The notes under the pieces: generated by a model
What the model saw: the letters and a program-made list of their open reading frames with translations, nothing else
Databases searched by the model: none
Told to the model about the DNA's origin: nothing
NCBI GenBank assembly: GCA_021463645.1
Contig: JAJTYI010000009.1
Coordinates: 189,269 to 253,268 of the forward strand
Direction of reading: 5' to 3'
From: a bacterium
Lineage (GTDB): Bacteria > Patescibacteriota > Dojkabacteria > B142 > OLB20
Length of the DNA stretch: 64,000 nt
Part shown: positions 8,241 through 18,894 of the stretch, in pieces
Layout: each line of letters opens with the position of its first letter
Numbering within the stretch: the stretch's first letter is position 1
Made by a program: the position numbers and the translations under genes

Positions 8241-8585
8241 ATGAGGGTTAAAAGAGGCAAATCAAAAAATCAAAAGCACAAAAAAGTTCTTAATAGCACA
8301 AAAGGTTATAGACTTTCGTATTCTAAACTTTATAGACGTGCAAAGGAAGCAATGCTTCATGCTGGTCAATATTCATATGCACATAGAAGAAAGAGATCAG
8401 GAGATTTCAGAAGACTTTGGATAGAAAGAATAAACGCTGCACTATCCGAACATGATATGAAGTATAGTGAATTCATCAATAAACTAAAAATAAATGATAT
8501 TCACCTAAACAGAAAAATTCTTTCTGAACTTGGACTACATAACAAAAACGTTTTTGCTGAAGTAGTCAAAGCAGTAAAAAAATAA
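8241..8585 (+). CDS. rplT: 50S ribosomal protein L20
   Basis: MRVKRG, KGYR, YAHRRKRSGDFRRLWIERINAA, LNRKILSEL. Confidence 0.97.
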   Translation: MRVKRGKSKNQKHKKVLNSTKGYRLSYSKLYRRAKEAMLHAGQYSYAHRRKRSGDFRRLWIERINAALSEHDMKYSEFINKLKINDIHLNRKILSELGLHNKNVFAEVVKAVKK

Positions 8586-8604
8586 AAACACTACTTAGTG
8601 TCAC

Positions 8605-9654
8605 ATGAGCGCATCAAAACCTGACCTACAAAAAACGCTAGATGACGTCAAGAATTTGATTGATACAGCGAAACCCCTGCTTGAAAAAGTTACCACCCTT
8701 GAAGAAAATGAAACACTTAGAGTTCAATTTCTTGGCCGTAAATCCAAACTTACTGATATTTTGAGAACTCTGAAAGAATTTTCAGATGAGGATAGAGTGA
8801 TAATAGGTTCAGAAGCGAATAAAATAAAAACTCAACTTTCGGAAATGGTAGAAAACAATTCCGTCAGATTATTAAAGATCAAACACAACAGAATTTCGGA
8901 CAAAGAAAAAATTGATGTAACACTTCCAGTTTATGAGCCACAAATCGGACATATTCATCCAGTAACACAGATGCAATGGAAGACAGAAGACATATTTCAA
9001 AAGATGGGGTTCGATATAGTTTATCCCTATGAAATCGATGATGATTATCACAATTTCACTGCTGTAAACTTACCAGAAGGTCATCCTGCGAGAGATAATT
9101 GGGACACATTTTGGACAGAAGACGGCCAGATTGCTATTACACATACATCATCAATGCAAAATCGAATTCTCAAGGAATTCAAACCTCCAATCAGAGTAAT
9201 TGTTCCTGGCAGGTGTTTCCGACACGAAGCAACTGATGCCAGACACGAACACACATTTACTCAAGTGGAAGGAGTCTATGTAGACAAAAATGTCACCTTA
9301 AATAATATGCTTGCCACGCTTAAGACTTTCTTCAGCGAATTTTACGAAAAAGAAGTAGAAGTGAAATTTACACCTGATTTTTTCCCATTTGTCGAACCCG
9401 GGGGAATGATGTCATTAACATGTATCTTGTGTGATGGTAAAGGCTGTAATGTTTGTAAGAATACTGGTTGGTTAGAAATTTTGGGATGTGGAATGATTCA
9501 CCCAAATGTTCTCAAAATGGGTGGAATTGATAGTGATGTATATAGTGGTTTTGCATGGGGTTTTGGTTTAGAAAGACTAGTAATGTTGAAATATAATATT
9601 GAAGATATCAGACATTTCTATAGTGGAAAGTTTGACTTCCTTAAACAATTTTAG
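8605..9654 (+). CDS. pheS: Phenylalanine-tRNA ligase alpha subunit
   Basis: GHIHP, NF-x2-NLPEGHPARD, THTS, PGRCFR, FPFVEP, GFAWGFGLERL. Confidence 0.97.
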   Translation: MSASKPDLQKTLDDVKNLIDTAKPLLEKVTTLEENETLRVQFLGRKSKLTDILRTLKEFSDEDRVIIGSEANKIKTQLSEMVENNSVRLLKIKHNRISDKEKIDVTLPVYEPQIGHIHPVTQMQWKTEDIFQKMGFDIVYPYEIDDDYHNFTAVNLPEGHPARDNWDTFWTEDGQIAITHTSSMQNRILKEFKPPIRVIVPGRCFRHEATDARHEHTFTQVEGVYVDKNVTLNNMLATLKTFFSEFYEKEVEVKFTPDFFPFVEPGGMMSLTCILCDGKGCNVCKNTGWLEILGCGMIHPNVLKMGGIDSDVYSGFAWGFGLERLVMLKYNIEDIRHFYSGKFDFLKQF

Positions 9655-9669
9655 AATTAATACGTAATC

Positions 9670-12108
9670 ATGCTGATATCACATAAATGGCTCAAAAATT
9701 ATCTTCCAGAACTTGATAAATTTTCAACGGAAACCATAGCAGAATCTCTTACCACCAGTCTTGCTGAAGTAGAACAAATTATTCCTGTAAGACAAGATTT
9801 ATTAAATATCGTTGTTGGAGAAGTCTTGGAAGTCAAAAAACATGAGAATAGTGACAAACTCAGCATCTGTCAGGTCACCTCCGATGGCAATGATCGAATT
9901 CAGGTGATTTGTGGAGCTACAAATGTTAAAGAAAAAATCAAAGTCGCACTTTGTTTACCTGGGGGGAGAGTCTACACTGATACAAAAGGCAATACACTTG
10001 ATATAAGTGTCACAACAATCCGAGGTGTCGAATCATTCGGGATGATATGTTCCGAGAGAGAACTTGGTATAGGTGATGATCATACAGGAATTATGATATT
10101 AGAAGACAATTTACCTGTTGGCGAAAACTTAACCGACTTATTACAAGATTGGGTATACGAAATTGAGAACAAGTCACTTTCACATAGAGGTGATTGTTTC
10201 TCTCATACTGGTATTGCTAGAGAACTTTCGGCGATACTGGCAATTGACTTTTTAGAGGATACCACACCTCCAGAATCGATTCTTCCAAATGGTAGCGGGA
10301 AGAAAATTCAAATTGAAATCTCTGTTAACAAAGAACTATGCAAAAGATTTAGTGCGTTATTAGTAGAAGAATTAGTCGTCAAAGATTCTCCGATATGGCT
10401 TAAAGCTAGATTAAGTTCAGTAGGAGAGAGGTCCATCAATAATATTGTTGACATCACAAATTTCGTAATGCTCGACAAAGGTCAACCTCTTCATGCATAT
10501 GATTATGACAAACTTATTGGGAACAAACTAATTGTCCGAAAAGCAAGAAATAATGAGAAAGTGAAAACACTCGACGGAATAGAACGCAATTTAGATAATA
10601 CAACTGTTGTAATTGCAGACGAAAAGAATGTGGAGGATATCGCAGGAATAATGGGTGGTTACAACAGTCAGATTTCCACTGAGACAAACACAATTTTATT
10701 AGAGGCAGCTAATTTTGACATGTATAATATCCGCAGAAGTTCTAGACAATTAGGACTCCGAACTGAGGCAAGTACTAGATTTGAAAAAGGCTTAGACGAA
10801 AACCTCACAGTACAAACTATTAGAAATGCTTACACATTGATTTCTGATTTAACAGGAGGAGAGGTTGCAGACGAACTATTTGATTATTATCCTGACCCAT
10901 CTATCCCTAAACAAGTTGAGATTGACGTCAAGATGGTTAACAGACTACTCTCAACAGATTTTACAAAATACGAAATTATTGACCTGTTAAAGAGACTTCA
11001 AATTAATTTACTTGAACAAGAGAATTCGGACGGGTCTGAACCAAATCTTGAGACTCAAACATTGTTAACATTCGTCATCCCTACATTTAGAAAAGATATA
11101 AATATCAAAGAAGACCTAGTCGAAGAAGTTGCTAGAATTTACGGCTTTAAGAACATAACTCCGAAATTACCTGAAAAAGATCTTACTCCAGCTAAAATAT
11201 ACAGCACAAGTTCACTGTTTAGGCTATTTACCAATTCTGTTAGTGCACTTGGGTATACAGAAGTTAAAACATATAGCTTTATTGGAGAATCCGATATAAC
11301 AAAGTCGAATCTTAATACAACAGACTTTTTGAAACTATCTAATCCACTTGCACCCGAATTAAAATATGTAAGGAATTCACTAGTGCCAAGTATGATATCA
11401 AGTATAAAGAAGAACCAACCTAAATATTTAAATTCTAAGATTTTTGAACTAAATAGGGTAGTAACGAAAAAACTTGATAACGATGGGATTCATATACAAC
11501 CATGGACTATGGCAATTGCAATCAACCATCATGAGAACTATTCGAATGCATTCCAGGATATAAAAGGCATCACTGAATATTTATCACATTTATTAAACAT
11601 AAAATTCAACTATAAGAACATCTCATCTGGAAACAAATATTCTAAAACTTTCCACCCATTCCAATCTGCTGAAATTATGCTTGAGGATGAAACAATTGGA
11701 AATATTGGACTATTACACCCAGAAGTAATCTATAATAATGAAATTCAAGGCTTAATCTCAATTGCTGAAATCAATTTAGACAAATTAATACAATTCGTAA
11801 ATAATCATAACTCATATAAAGCCTTACCGAATTACCCAGAGACAAACAGGGACCTTAGTTTCTGGATACCTCAAAAAGTCAACTATTCAGACATAGAAAG
11901 AACTATTAGGAATCTTGAGGTAGGATTATTGAAAAATATTGTATTGAAAGACACTTATGTTAATAAAGACGATGAAATCAGCTATACAATCACATTAACA
12001 TTCTCTAGCGATGAAAAAACCTTAACTGATGAGGAAGTTGATAAACTCGAAAGTTTTGTAGCAAGAGAACTTCAATCAAAACTTGACTTGAAGCTAAGAA
12101 TTAACTAA
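9670..12108 (+). CDS. pheT: Phenylalanine-tRNA ligase beta subunit
   Basis: OB-fold (VICGATNV, IRGVESFGMICSEREL), HRGDCFS, NNIVDITNFVM, RFEKG, DLVEEVARIYG, FDX-ACB C-terminus. Confidence 0.97.
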   Translation: MLISHKWLKNYLPELDKFSTETIAESLTTSLAEVEQIIPVRQDLLNIVVGEVLEVKKHENSDKLSICQVTSDGNDRIQVICGATNVKEKIKVALCLPGGRVYTDTKGNTLDISVTTIRGVESFGMICSERELGIGDDHTGIMILEDNLPVGENLTDLLQDWVYEIENKSLSHRGDCFSHTGIARELSAILAIDFLEDTTPPESILPNGSGKKIQIEISVNKELCKRFSALLVEELVVKDSPIWLKARLSSVGERSINNIVDITNFVMLDKGQPLHAYDYDKLIGNKLIVRKARNNEKVKTLDGIERNLDNTTVVIADEKNVEDIAGIMGGYNSQISTETNTILLEAANFDMYNIRRSSRQLGLRTEASTRFEKGLDENLTVQTIRNAYTLISDLTGGEVADELFDYYPDPSIPKQVEIDVKMVNRLLSTDFTKYEIIDLLKRLQINLLEQENSDGSEPNLETQTLLTFVIPTFRKDINIKEDLVEEVARIYGFKNITPKLPEKDLTPAKIYSTSSLFRLFTNSVSALGYTEVKTYSFIGESDITKSNLNTTDFLKLSNPLAPELKYVRNSLVPSMISSIKKNQPKYLNSKIFELNRVVTKKLDNDGIHIQPWTMAIAINHHENYSNAFQDIKGITEYLSHLLNIKFNYKNISSGNKYSKTFHPFQSAEIMLEDETIGNIGLLHPEVIYNNEIQGLISIAEINLDKLIQFVNNHNSYKALPNYPETNRDLSFWIPQKVNYSDIERTIRNLEVGLLKNIVLKDTYVNKDDEISYTITLTFSSDEKTLTDEEVDKLESFVARELQSKLDLKLRIN

Positions 12109-12112
12109 CTGG

Positions 12113-15076
12113 TTAATTTTGAATGATTGTAGGGACAATCTGACCACCTCTCACTCTGATTGTAATAGTATTTGACTCGATAGTTTCTCCTGATTTCTTA
12201 CCACGAACTTTTATTTTCACCTCACCAGTATCACTTTTTACTTCCCATGTACATTTGGAATCTGAGCATTGAGTTTCAACTTTGTCATCCACAATTAAAG
12301 TAACCTGATTTAATGAACCACCGGTATAACTAAATCTGACATCCACGAAGTCTCCTTTCCTGACCTCTGAATTATTAGAAGGGGAGGTAATTTTCAAATC
12401 CCCTCTAATCTCAACAGGTATACTTGAAGTGCCGCTTTTTCCTGCTTTGTCAAAAACCACGAGTCTCAAAGTTCGACTTCCAGGTGCTTGACCGCTTATA
12501 TCGAAATCTGCACTTCCAGAGGCATTCGAAGACTTTCCTAGAAGAGTACTATCCAAATAGAATTCAACTCTATCAACTTCACTGTCAGGTGAAAAAGCTT
12601 CGTATGCAATTACAAGCTCTTTTGATAATACTGCACCTGAGGAAGGAGATGAAATGTTTGCCCATGGTTCTGATGTACCACTAGGATTTCTATTTATAGT
12701 GCAATATTCAGTTGGTATGGTAAATAATTTATCACTTCCTTTCAAGTAGTTGTCTAAAAACCCCTGTAAATCCTTGACGGGCATGGTATATTTAGCCGCA
12801 TTCAATTTTGTAGATTGTCCTACTTTTATATCAATTTCTCTAGCCAATCTATCCATCTGATCTGTACACACAACAACCTCTTGGAATTCCACGTAAGGTG
12901 GAACTTTGAAACCTGTGATAGCTAAATCACCTTTGTAATTTTCACATCCGAATTTGTCATTTATTTTACAACTGGCATTACTGAACTCAATACCTTCGGG
13001 GCGGGGAAATTCAGTTTTTGGAATTGAATCTCCGATTCTTTTTACGAATTCGGACACCCATGGTTTAGCAGAAGTCAAACCTGATGCACCAAAACGCATT
13101 CCTTCGTTATTGTTGTTTCCGAGCCATCCGACAGCAACAATCTCAGGTGTATACGTTGCAAATAGTGTTTCCCTTTGGCCCTCAGATGTACCTGTTTTTC
13201 CTGCGATATCACGACCATCCCAACTAACTCCAGGACCTCTATTTTTACCATTAAGCATATGATTGACCAAATATACTCCTCTAGGGTCAGCAACTAAAGT
13301 GGACTCAGCTTTGTGCTCATATAGGATTTCTCCGGATTTATCTTCGATTTTTAGGATTGCTTCATACGGTGTAAAGTTCCCTGCATTCGCAAGTACTCCA
13401 TAAGCCTGAGCATGCTCAATAAGCTTTATATCTGCACCTCCGACTGAAACAGCAGGACCATAACCTTCGGGATTTGTAAACGTAGTGTAGCCCCATTTTT
13501 GCATCTCTAATATAAAGTTCTCAACTCCGACAGCTTGTATCAATTCTATCGCAGGAATATTTCTAGATTCCACTAAGTGGTGACGTGCAGTATTCAACCC
13601 AATGAAACCTCCCTCATAATTTTTCGGTTTATAATTACCAATTTGGATAGGGATGTCAGGTATAATCGAACCGGGGAAGACAACTTTATCCATGATTGCT
13701 TTGTAATACACCATGCTCTTCATAGATGAACCATATGACTGCAAAGTATCGGAAATGTTTACCTTCGGTTCAAATTTACAATCTAACCCGACAGTACAAC
13801 CTTCGGGGGACTCGGTTCCAAAATAATCATAGGAACCAACCATTGCTAGAATTTCTCCGGTTTTGGGATTTAGAGAAACAAGTGAGGCATTTGATGCACC
13901 AAATTGTTTTCCATAAGTATCGACACCCACTTTAACTTGTTCTTCAGCAATTTGTTGATAGTCAGAGTCAAGAGTGGTGTATATTCTCAACCCTTGAGTC
14001 TCAAGTTCGTTTAAAGTAAAGGGCTCTCCATTATTGTATGGTCTATTTTGTAGTAATTTTTGCGCAAAAAACACGAAATGAGGAGCATTAATTTCAAACT
14101 TTGGTTCTTTGTATGCCAACTCAAAACCTCTAGCTTCATCAATCATCTCCTTTGTTAAAGCATTTTCCTGTCCTGTTGATTCTTTGATTTCTTTATTAAT
14201 CTTATCCATATATTTCTCAAGTTGATTCAAGACATATTCTTGTCTTCCTTTGACTTTTACTTTAGCTTCTTCAGGATTTGCTGATTTAGTAGGGGAGAGT
14301 CGCGTTGGATCCTGAGGAATAGCGGCAATTATAGCCATCTCTGCCAAATTAAGATCTTTCAATTCTTTATCAAAATAGAACTTCGATGCCGATGTAACCC
14401 CATATACATTACTTCCTTCTGGAGCAATTGTAAGATACATTTCCAAAATTTCATCTTTATCTCTATCTTGTTCAATTTGAAGAGCAAGGATAATTTCTTT
14501 TACTTTTCTTTCAATTTTTCTTTCATTTGTAAGTGCTGTCTGTTTAATAAGCTGTTGTGTGACTGTACTAGCCCCGCAAGTTTCATTTCCATCGGTAGCA
14601 TACCTTAATCCACATCTAATAACACCAGGGATATCTACTCCTGGATGTTCATAAAAATCAATATCTTCAGCAGCAAGGAAAGACCATTTCAAAAGTTCGG
14701 GAACTTCCTCGATTTTCACTGGATCTGCATTCTGATCTGCAAACACTCTATATAATAACTTTCCATTTCTATCATATATTTCACTAGCAGAGTTTTTCGG
14801 TCCAAATGGCTTATCTGGACTTGGCAGATCTTCAGTTAAAGACTGCACATAGGTAAGAACTGCAATCAATCCAACAAAGCAAAATACTACAAAGGTAAGA
14901 AGAATAATATACATAACCTTTTTAACTCGCTTGCTAGAAATTCTTTTTTTCTTTTTGGATTTCTTACTTCCTGCTTTCGATTGCTTGAGCCAATTTTGGC
15001 TAGAGTAAGTTTTAATCCTCGCTGGATTTACCTTGCGAGTACGCTTCTTTGGGGTCAATTTAGATCTATATTTCAT
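12113..15076 (-). CDS. Class A penicillin-binding protein (transglycosylase-transpeptidase) with C-terminal Ig-like domains
   Basis: TM helix; GT51 motifs AAEDIDFYEHPGVD, GASTVTQQLIK, RKVKE; transpeptidase SSMK, SRN, KTG. Likely start ATG 15076 (MKYRSK). Confidence 0.93.
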   Translation of the reverse strand: MKYRSKLTPKKRTRKVNPARIKTYSSQNWLKQSKAGSKKSKKKKRISSKRVKKVMYIILLTFVVFCFVGLIAVLTYVQSLTEDLPSPDKPFGPKNSASEIYDRNGKLLYRVFADQNADPVKIEEVPELLKWSFLAAEDIDFYEHPGVDIPGVIRCGLRYATDGNETCGASTVTQQLIKQTALTNERKIERKVKEIILALQIEQDRDKDEILEMYLTIAPEGSNVYGVTSASKFYFDKELKDLNLAEMAIIAAIPQDPTRLSPTKSANPEEAKVKVKGRQEYVLNQLEKYMDKINKEIKESTGQENALTKEMIDEARGFELAYKEPKFEINAPHFVFFAQKLLQNRPYNNGEPFTLNELETQGLRIYTTLDSDYQQIAEEQVKVGVDTYGKQFGASNASLVSLNPKTGEILAMVGSYDYFGTESPEGCTVGLDCKFEPKVNISDTLQSYGSSMKSMVYYKAIMDKVVFPGSIIPDIPIQIGNYKPKNYEGGFIGLNTARHHLVESRNIPAIELIQAVGVENFILEMQKWGYTTFTNPEGYGPAVSVGGADIKLIEHAQAYGVLANAGNFTPYEAILKIEDKSGEILYEHKAESTLVADPRGVYLVNHMLNGKNRGPGVSWDGRDIAGKTGTSEGQRETLFATYTPEIVAVGWLGNNNNEGMRFGASGLTSAKPWVSEFVKRIGDSIPKTEFPRPEGIEFSNASCKINDKFGCENYKGDLAITGFKVPPYVEFQEVVVCTDQMDRLAREIDIKVGQSTKLNAAKYTMPVKDLQGFLDNYLKGSDKLFTIPTEYCTINRNPSGTSEPWANISSPSSGAVLSKELVIAYEAFSPDSEVDRVEFYLDSTLLGKSSNASGSADFDISGQAPGSRTLRLVVFDKAGKSGTSSIPVEIRGDLKITSPSNNSEVRKGDFVDVRFSYTGGSLNQVTLIVDDKVETQCSDSKCTWEVKSDTGEVKIKVRGKKSGETIESNTITIRVRGGQIVPTIIQN

Positions 15077-15207
15077 ATTGTTCAGAATCAAAGATAGACT
15101 ATTATAGCAGGATTTTAACAATGTATAGAACATCCTACAAATATGTTATTTATCAAATAGGTAGGCATATTAAATGATTTCTTGTAAAATCAATTAATTA
15201 ATTAAGG

Positions 15208-16356
15208 TTGATGCAAAAAGAACTAATAAATAAATTGATTGAATTTATACAGATAGATTCGTACGCACACAAAAAAGATAGAGTAGTTGAAGCTCAAGAA
15301 TTTGTAAAACACTATCTGAAAGATGTACCTATTACCTGGGAAACTTCGGAATCTTCCAACCAAAGTTTAGCTCCAATTTTGCTTGGAAAATCAAAGAATT
15401 GGGATGATCAGCGTAAATCAATCACATTAACCGGACATTTGGATATTGTTTATCCTGATATTTCAGACTTCAAAATAAAATTAACAAACGAAAAACTCTT
15501 TGGACCAGGAACGGCCGATATGAAAGCCGGAGTGTTAGTAATACTAGAAGCAGTAAAAGAATTACATACAAATAATCTTTTACAGAATATTAATCTACTA
15601 TTCACAAGCGAGGAAGAACATTTTTTAACTTCCGAATATCCTGGTTTTGAATCAATTTCAAAAGGTATCGAGAATCTATTAGTATACGAAGGGGAGGGAA
15701 GTATTGATAAAAGACCGAATCTTGATGAGAAATTACTTGTAACGAAAAGGAAAGGTATTCTGGCATATACAATAAAGGCTACAGGTCCTGGAGGACATTC
15801 TGGAGTACTAAATAAGCATGAACTAAGACACAGTGCCATTCACGAATTACTTGAACAATCAAGAGATATTTTGAAACTGACAAATTATAATAAAGGAACT
15901 ACACTCAATATTGGTCTATTTAATGGTGGGCAAGCACTTAATATCCTCGCACCTGAGGCAGAAATTGTTTTTGATTCAAGATTAGACAACAGGGAAGAGT
16001 ACAATCGCATAAAGGAATCAGTAGAAAATCTACAATCTAAGGATAAGGAAATTGAATTAACAATTACAAACAAAATTAACGGATATCCGGTTGAAGAAAC
16101 TTCGCAAAATAAACGATTGTTTAAACTAGCAGTTGAAGCAGGGGATGAGTTGGGAATAAAAATTGGAGCGGTGCATAAAGGGGGAGCTTCAGATATGAAC
16201 CGAATCACAGCTTTCAATCCTGATATTGCTTGTCTTGATTATCTTGGACCAGTTGGAGGTGGCGAACATACAAAAGACGAGTTTTTATATCTTGAAACTT
16301 TTGATCCTTGTGTGAAACTTTCGGTGAAAATAATACAAAAGATATTAAATAAATAA
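15208..16356 (+). CDS. M20 family metallopeptidase (glutamate carboxypeptidase/CPG2-like)
   Basis: GHLDIV, GPGTADMKAG, SEEE, YEGE, GGHSG, GGASD, GGEH metal-binding motifs. Confidence 0.9.
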   Translation: MMQKELINKLIEFIQIDSYAHKKDRVVEAQEFVKHYLKDVPITWETSESSNQSLAPILLGKSKNWDDQRKSITLTGHLDIVYPDISDFKIKLTNEKLFGPGTADMKAGVLVILEAVKELHTNNLLQNINLLFTSEEEHFLTSEYPGFESISKGIENLLVYEGEGSIDKRPNLDEKLLVTKRKGILAYTIKATGPGGHSGVLNKHELRHSAIHELLEQSRDILKLTNYNKGTTLNIGLFNGGQALNILAPEAEIVFDSRLDNREEYNRIKESVENLQSKDKEIELTITNKINGYPVEETSQNKRLFKLAVEAGDELGIKIGAVHKGGASDMNRITAFNPDIACLDYLGPVGGGEHTKDEFLYLETFDPCVKLSVKIIQKILNK

Positions 16357-16376
16357 TAATTTTTACCAATTTTAAA

Positions 16377-17000
16377 ATGGAAATTGACACAAACAATTTA
16401 AAGAAGTATTTTGCGGAATACCTTGGAACTTTTATCCTGACAACAGTAGTTATCGCTTCTATAGCAGGAGATTTCAGCGTATCTACTGCGGTACTTGCTT
16501 CTCTTACTTTACTCATTTTCGTTTATACAATAGGAAATATCTCAGGTTGTCATCTAAATCCTGCAGTTACACTAGGCATTTTCTCTCTTAAAAAAATCCA
16601 AGCAAAACAAGCATTAGCATATTTGATGGTTCAACTTTTAGGAGGTGCATCTGCATTTTACTTAACAAGATTATTAGATATCTCTACCAGAACAACCTTT
16701 TCATCCGACAATTCGGCATTGATGGGTGAATTTCTAGGAATGATGGTTTTCGCATTTGGAATTTCTGCTATTGCTCACAGAGCTGTTGATGATGACATGA
16801 ATGGAGTACTGATCGGTGGTTCATTATTAATTGGTTTGGCGATTGCTTCACTTTTTGGAGCAGGGGCGTTCTTAAACCCTGCAGTTATGCTTGGTCTGGG
16901 GGTTTCATCTGCAATTTATGTAATGGTTGATTTACTCGGCGCAGTAGTTGGATTCCAACTCTATAAGTTATTCAACAATAAAAAAGATCAAAATAATTAA
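16377..17000 (+). CDS. Aquaporin/MIP family channel
   Basis: AEYLGT, ISGCHLNPAVT, second NPA box (FLNPAV), six hydrophobic helices. Confidence 0.93.
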   Translation: MEIDTNNLKKYFAEYLGTFILTTVVIASIAGDFSVSTAVLASLTLLIFVYTIGNISGCHLNPAVTLGIFSLKKIQAKQALAYLMVQLLGGASAFYLTRLLDISTRTTFSSDNSALMGEFLGMMVFAFGISAIAHRAVDDDMNGVLIGGSLLIGLAIASLFGAGAFLNPAVMLGLGVSSAIYVMVDLLGAVVGFQLYKLFNNKKDQNN

Positions 17001-17008
17001 CACTTTAG

Positions 17009-17037
17009 TTGTCAGAATCAAAATCCCGTGATAAAAT
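17009..17037 (+). promoter_or_regulatory. Sigma70-type promoter of the attenuated operon
   Basis: TTGTCA(17009-17014)-17 nt-TAAAAT(17032-17037) with TG at 17029-17030 (extended -10). Confidence 0.6.
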
Positions 17038-17069
17038 TCTTGAAGTTTTTGTATATAACTAGTATCTCT

Positions 17070-17117
17070 ATGTATAACAACAATTCATTTATTATTATCC
17101 TCTTTACAAACCGTTAA
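17070..17117 (+). CDS. Putative attenuator leader peptide MYNNNSFIIILFTNR
   Basis: ATG 17070 to TAA 17115-17117; runs of three Asn and three Ile codons; embedded in alternative hairpins ahead of a terminator. Confidence 0.55.
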   Translation: MYNNNSFIIILFTNR

Positions 17118-17180
17118 CTCGGCGAAGGATGATATGAATGAAAATTATTTATCCCGCCGAAAGGCGGTTTTTTTGTTTTT
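17084..17180 (+). promoter_or_regulatory. Transcription attenuator (1:2, 2:3, 3:4 alternative pairings) ending in an intrinsic terminator
   Basis: 17084-17101 pairs with 17126-17142. TCGGCG-AA-GGAT(17119-17130) pairs with ATCC-CGCCGA(17151-17160). Terminator CCGCC-GAAA-GGCGG(17154-17167) followed by T7GT5. Confidence 0.7.
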
Positions 17181-17192
17181 ATTTTTATTATA

Positions 17193-18878
17193 ATGACATC
17201 TGGAGAAAACCCGATAACGAAAATTGAGAGAATGAGTACGGTAGAAATAACACGTCCTACTGCAGGAATTGTTCTTCAGAACGTTGAAGATATTTTTTTA
17301 GGAGAGAACAGTTATTACACTGACGGAATTGAAGCATTAACACCTTTACTTCATGCTCAAGCCGAATTCTTATGCGATAGATTTAATAATTCTCAGAATC
17401 AAGCTCAAGTTACGGCAAGAGAAATATTAAGAGGACGAAGATGGGAGGCTTGGGATGTTGATTATGGTCGTCGACAACATGTTGGCATATCTACAGTTGT
17501 TGCTCCTGGAATGTTTGTATCAGTTTTTGGGCAACATCCACTTAAAAAAATATACTCAAGTGGACCTTTGGCTTATGTTGATGTGGGTGAAGGACAGAAT
17601 GATGTGTTTATCGACGCTCTTACCAACGCTACGGTAAACAACACTGGATCACATCCATTGAATGCTTTGGCTGCAAGTACAGCCAATATGCTTACAGGTG
17701 GTACATATTGTCTTGCCTATCATGATGGACCTCTTGTAGAACAAGCAAGTAGGGCAATGTTAGGATTACACCCAATGTATGAAGGTCAAGGAAAAGTTTG
17801 GTGGGGGAATGATGGTGGATCTGCATCTGCTTTTGCAGTACATTTAGCCGAAAAAGCAGTATCCGCTGAAAAAGGTGAAAATCCAAATCGATTAGTAGTC
17901 GCATTCAAAGAAGCATATCATGGTAATGTACAAAACAAGGGAGGTGATTTAACACCTGGAATTGGAAGAACTGGTGGAAATCACATAATTGAATATCCTG
18001 ATCTATCAGTTGAAGTTGAGACAGCAATTTCTGAGTTGCGAACTCTAATTGAAGATGACAGAGTGAGTACTATAATTTTGGAAGCAACTCAGGGTGATGG
18101 AGGAGGGATTCAAATGCATCCGGATTTCTTTGTTCAAATGATGAAACTTTCAATGGACTATAATGTCCCTTTAATATTTGACGAAATACAATCGGGGTTT
18201 GGACGATCAGGAAAAATTTTCAATTACGAATATTTACTTGAAGAATATCAAGCAAGCGAACTGGTAAAATCCGGACAATACCCTGTAAATCCTGATAACA
18301 TAATTACCATCGTGGGGAAGAGCATGACCGATGGATGTTCACAAGGTTCTGCCGTAATTTTTAATGATAGATACACACAGTTTAATGGTAGAGCAGAAGG
18401 AGTAGCTACTTTCGCTGCATTTCCAGGTACTTTAGCTGCATCAATAGCAACAATTAATACAGTAAAAAATCCTGCATATCTAGATATGGCAAGAAACAAT
18501 CGAGCAATATTCGAAGACGCATTGGCTATGTATGTAGAGGAAGAGGGAATAATAAGGAGAACAAGAGGAAATGGATCACATCTCTTCGTTGAGATAGGAG
18601 GAGAACCACTTTTATATAGGAATGGAGTACCTGTAGGGAATCATGAAGTTGCACAAGTATTTCTCGCCGAGAGATTTAGAATTCTTACCGGGACAGTTTC
18701 ACGGCATGGACTTCGAATACATTTACCTATTAATGCAGATCCTGTTGTTTATCATGCAGTTGCTATGGCAGTCGGCGAAGTTGGAGTGTTAATGAGTCAA
18801 GGTAATATTGGTACTCTTGCTCCAATTTTATTGAAAGAAGTATCTGGTTTAGCAGGTAGAACTGTTCAAGAAATTTAA
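17193..18878 (+). CDS. Class III PLP-dependent aminotransferase (divergent, N-terminal extension)
   Basis: AFKEAYHG, IILEATQGDGG, LIFDEIQSGFGRSG, PLP lysine in IVGKS, ATF, RGNG. Confidence 0.88.
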   Translation: MTSGENPITKIERMSTVEITRPTAGIVLQNVEDIFLGENSYYTDGIEALTPLLHAQAEFLCDRFNNSQNQAQVTAREILRGRRWEAWDVDYGRRQHVGISTVVAPGMFVSVFGQHPLKKIYSSGPLAYVDVGEGQNDVFIDALTNATVNNTGSHPLNALAASTANMLTGGTYCLAYHDGPLVEQASRAMLGLHPMYEGQGKVWWGNDGGSASAFAVHLAEKAVSAEKGENPNRLVVAFKEAYHGNVQNKGGDLTPGIGRTGGNHIIEYPDLSVEVETAISELRTLIEDDRVSTIILEATQGDGGGIQMHPDFFVQMMKLSMDYNVPLIFDEIQSGFGRSGKIFNYEYLLEEYQASELVKSGQYPVNPDNIITIVGKSMTDGCSQGSAVIFNDRYTQFNGRAEGVATFAAFPGTLAASIATINTVKNPAYLDMARNNRAIFEDALAMYVEEEGIIRRTRGNGSHLFVEIGGEPLLYRNGVPVGNHEVAQVFLAERFRILTGTVSRHGLRIHLPINADPVVYHAVAMAVGEVGVLMSQGNIGTLAPILLKEVSGLAGRTVQEI

Positions 18879-18894
18879 TTATTAAAAAATAATC

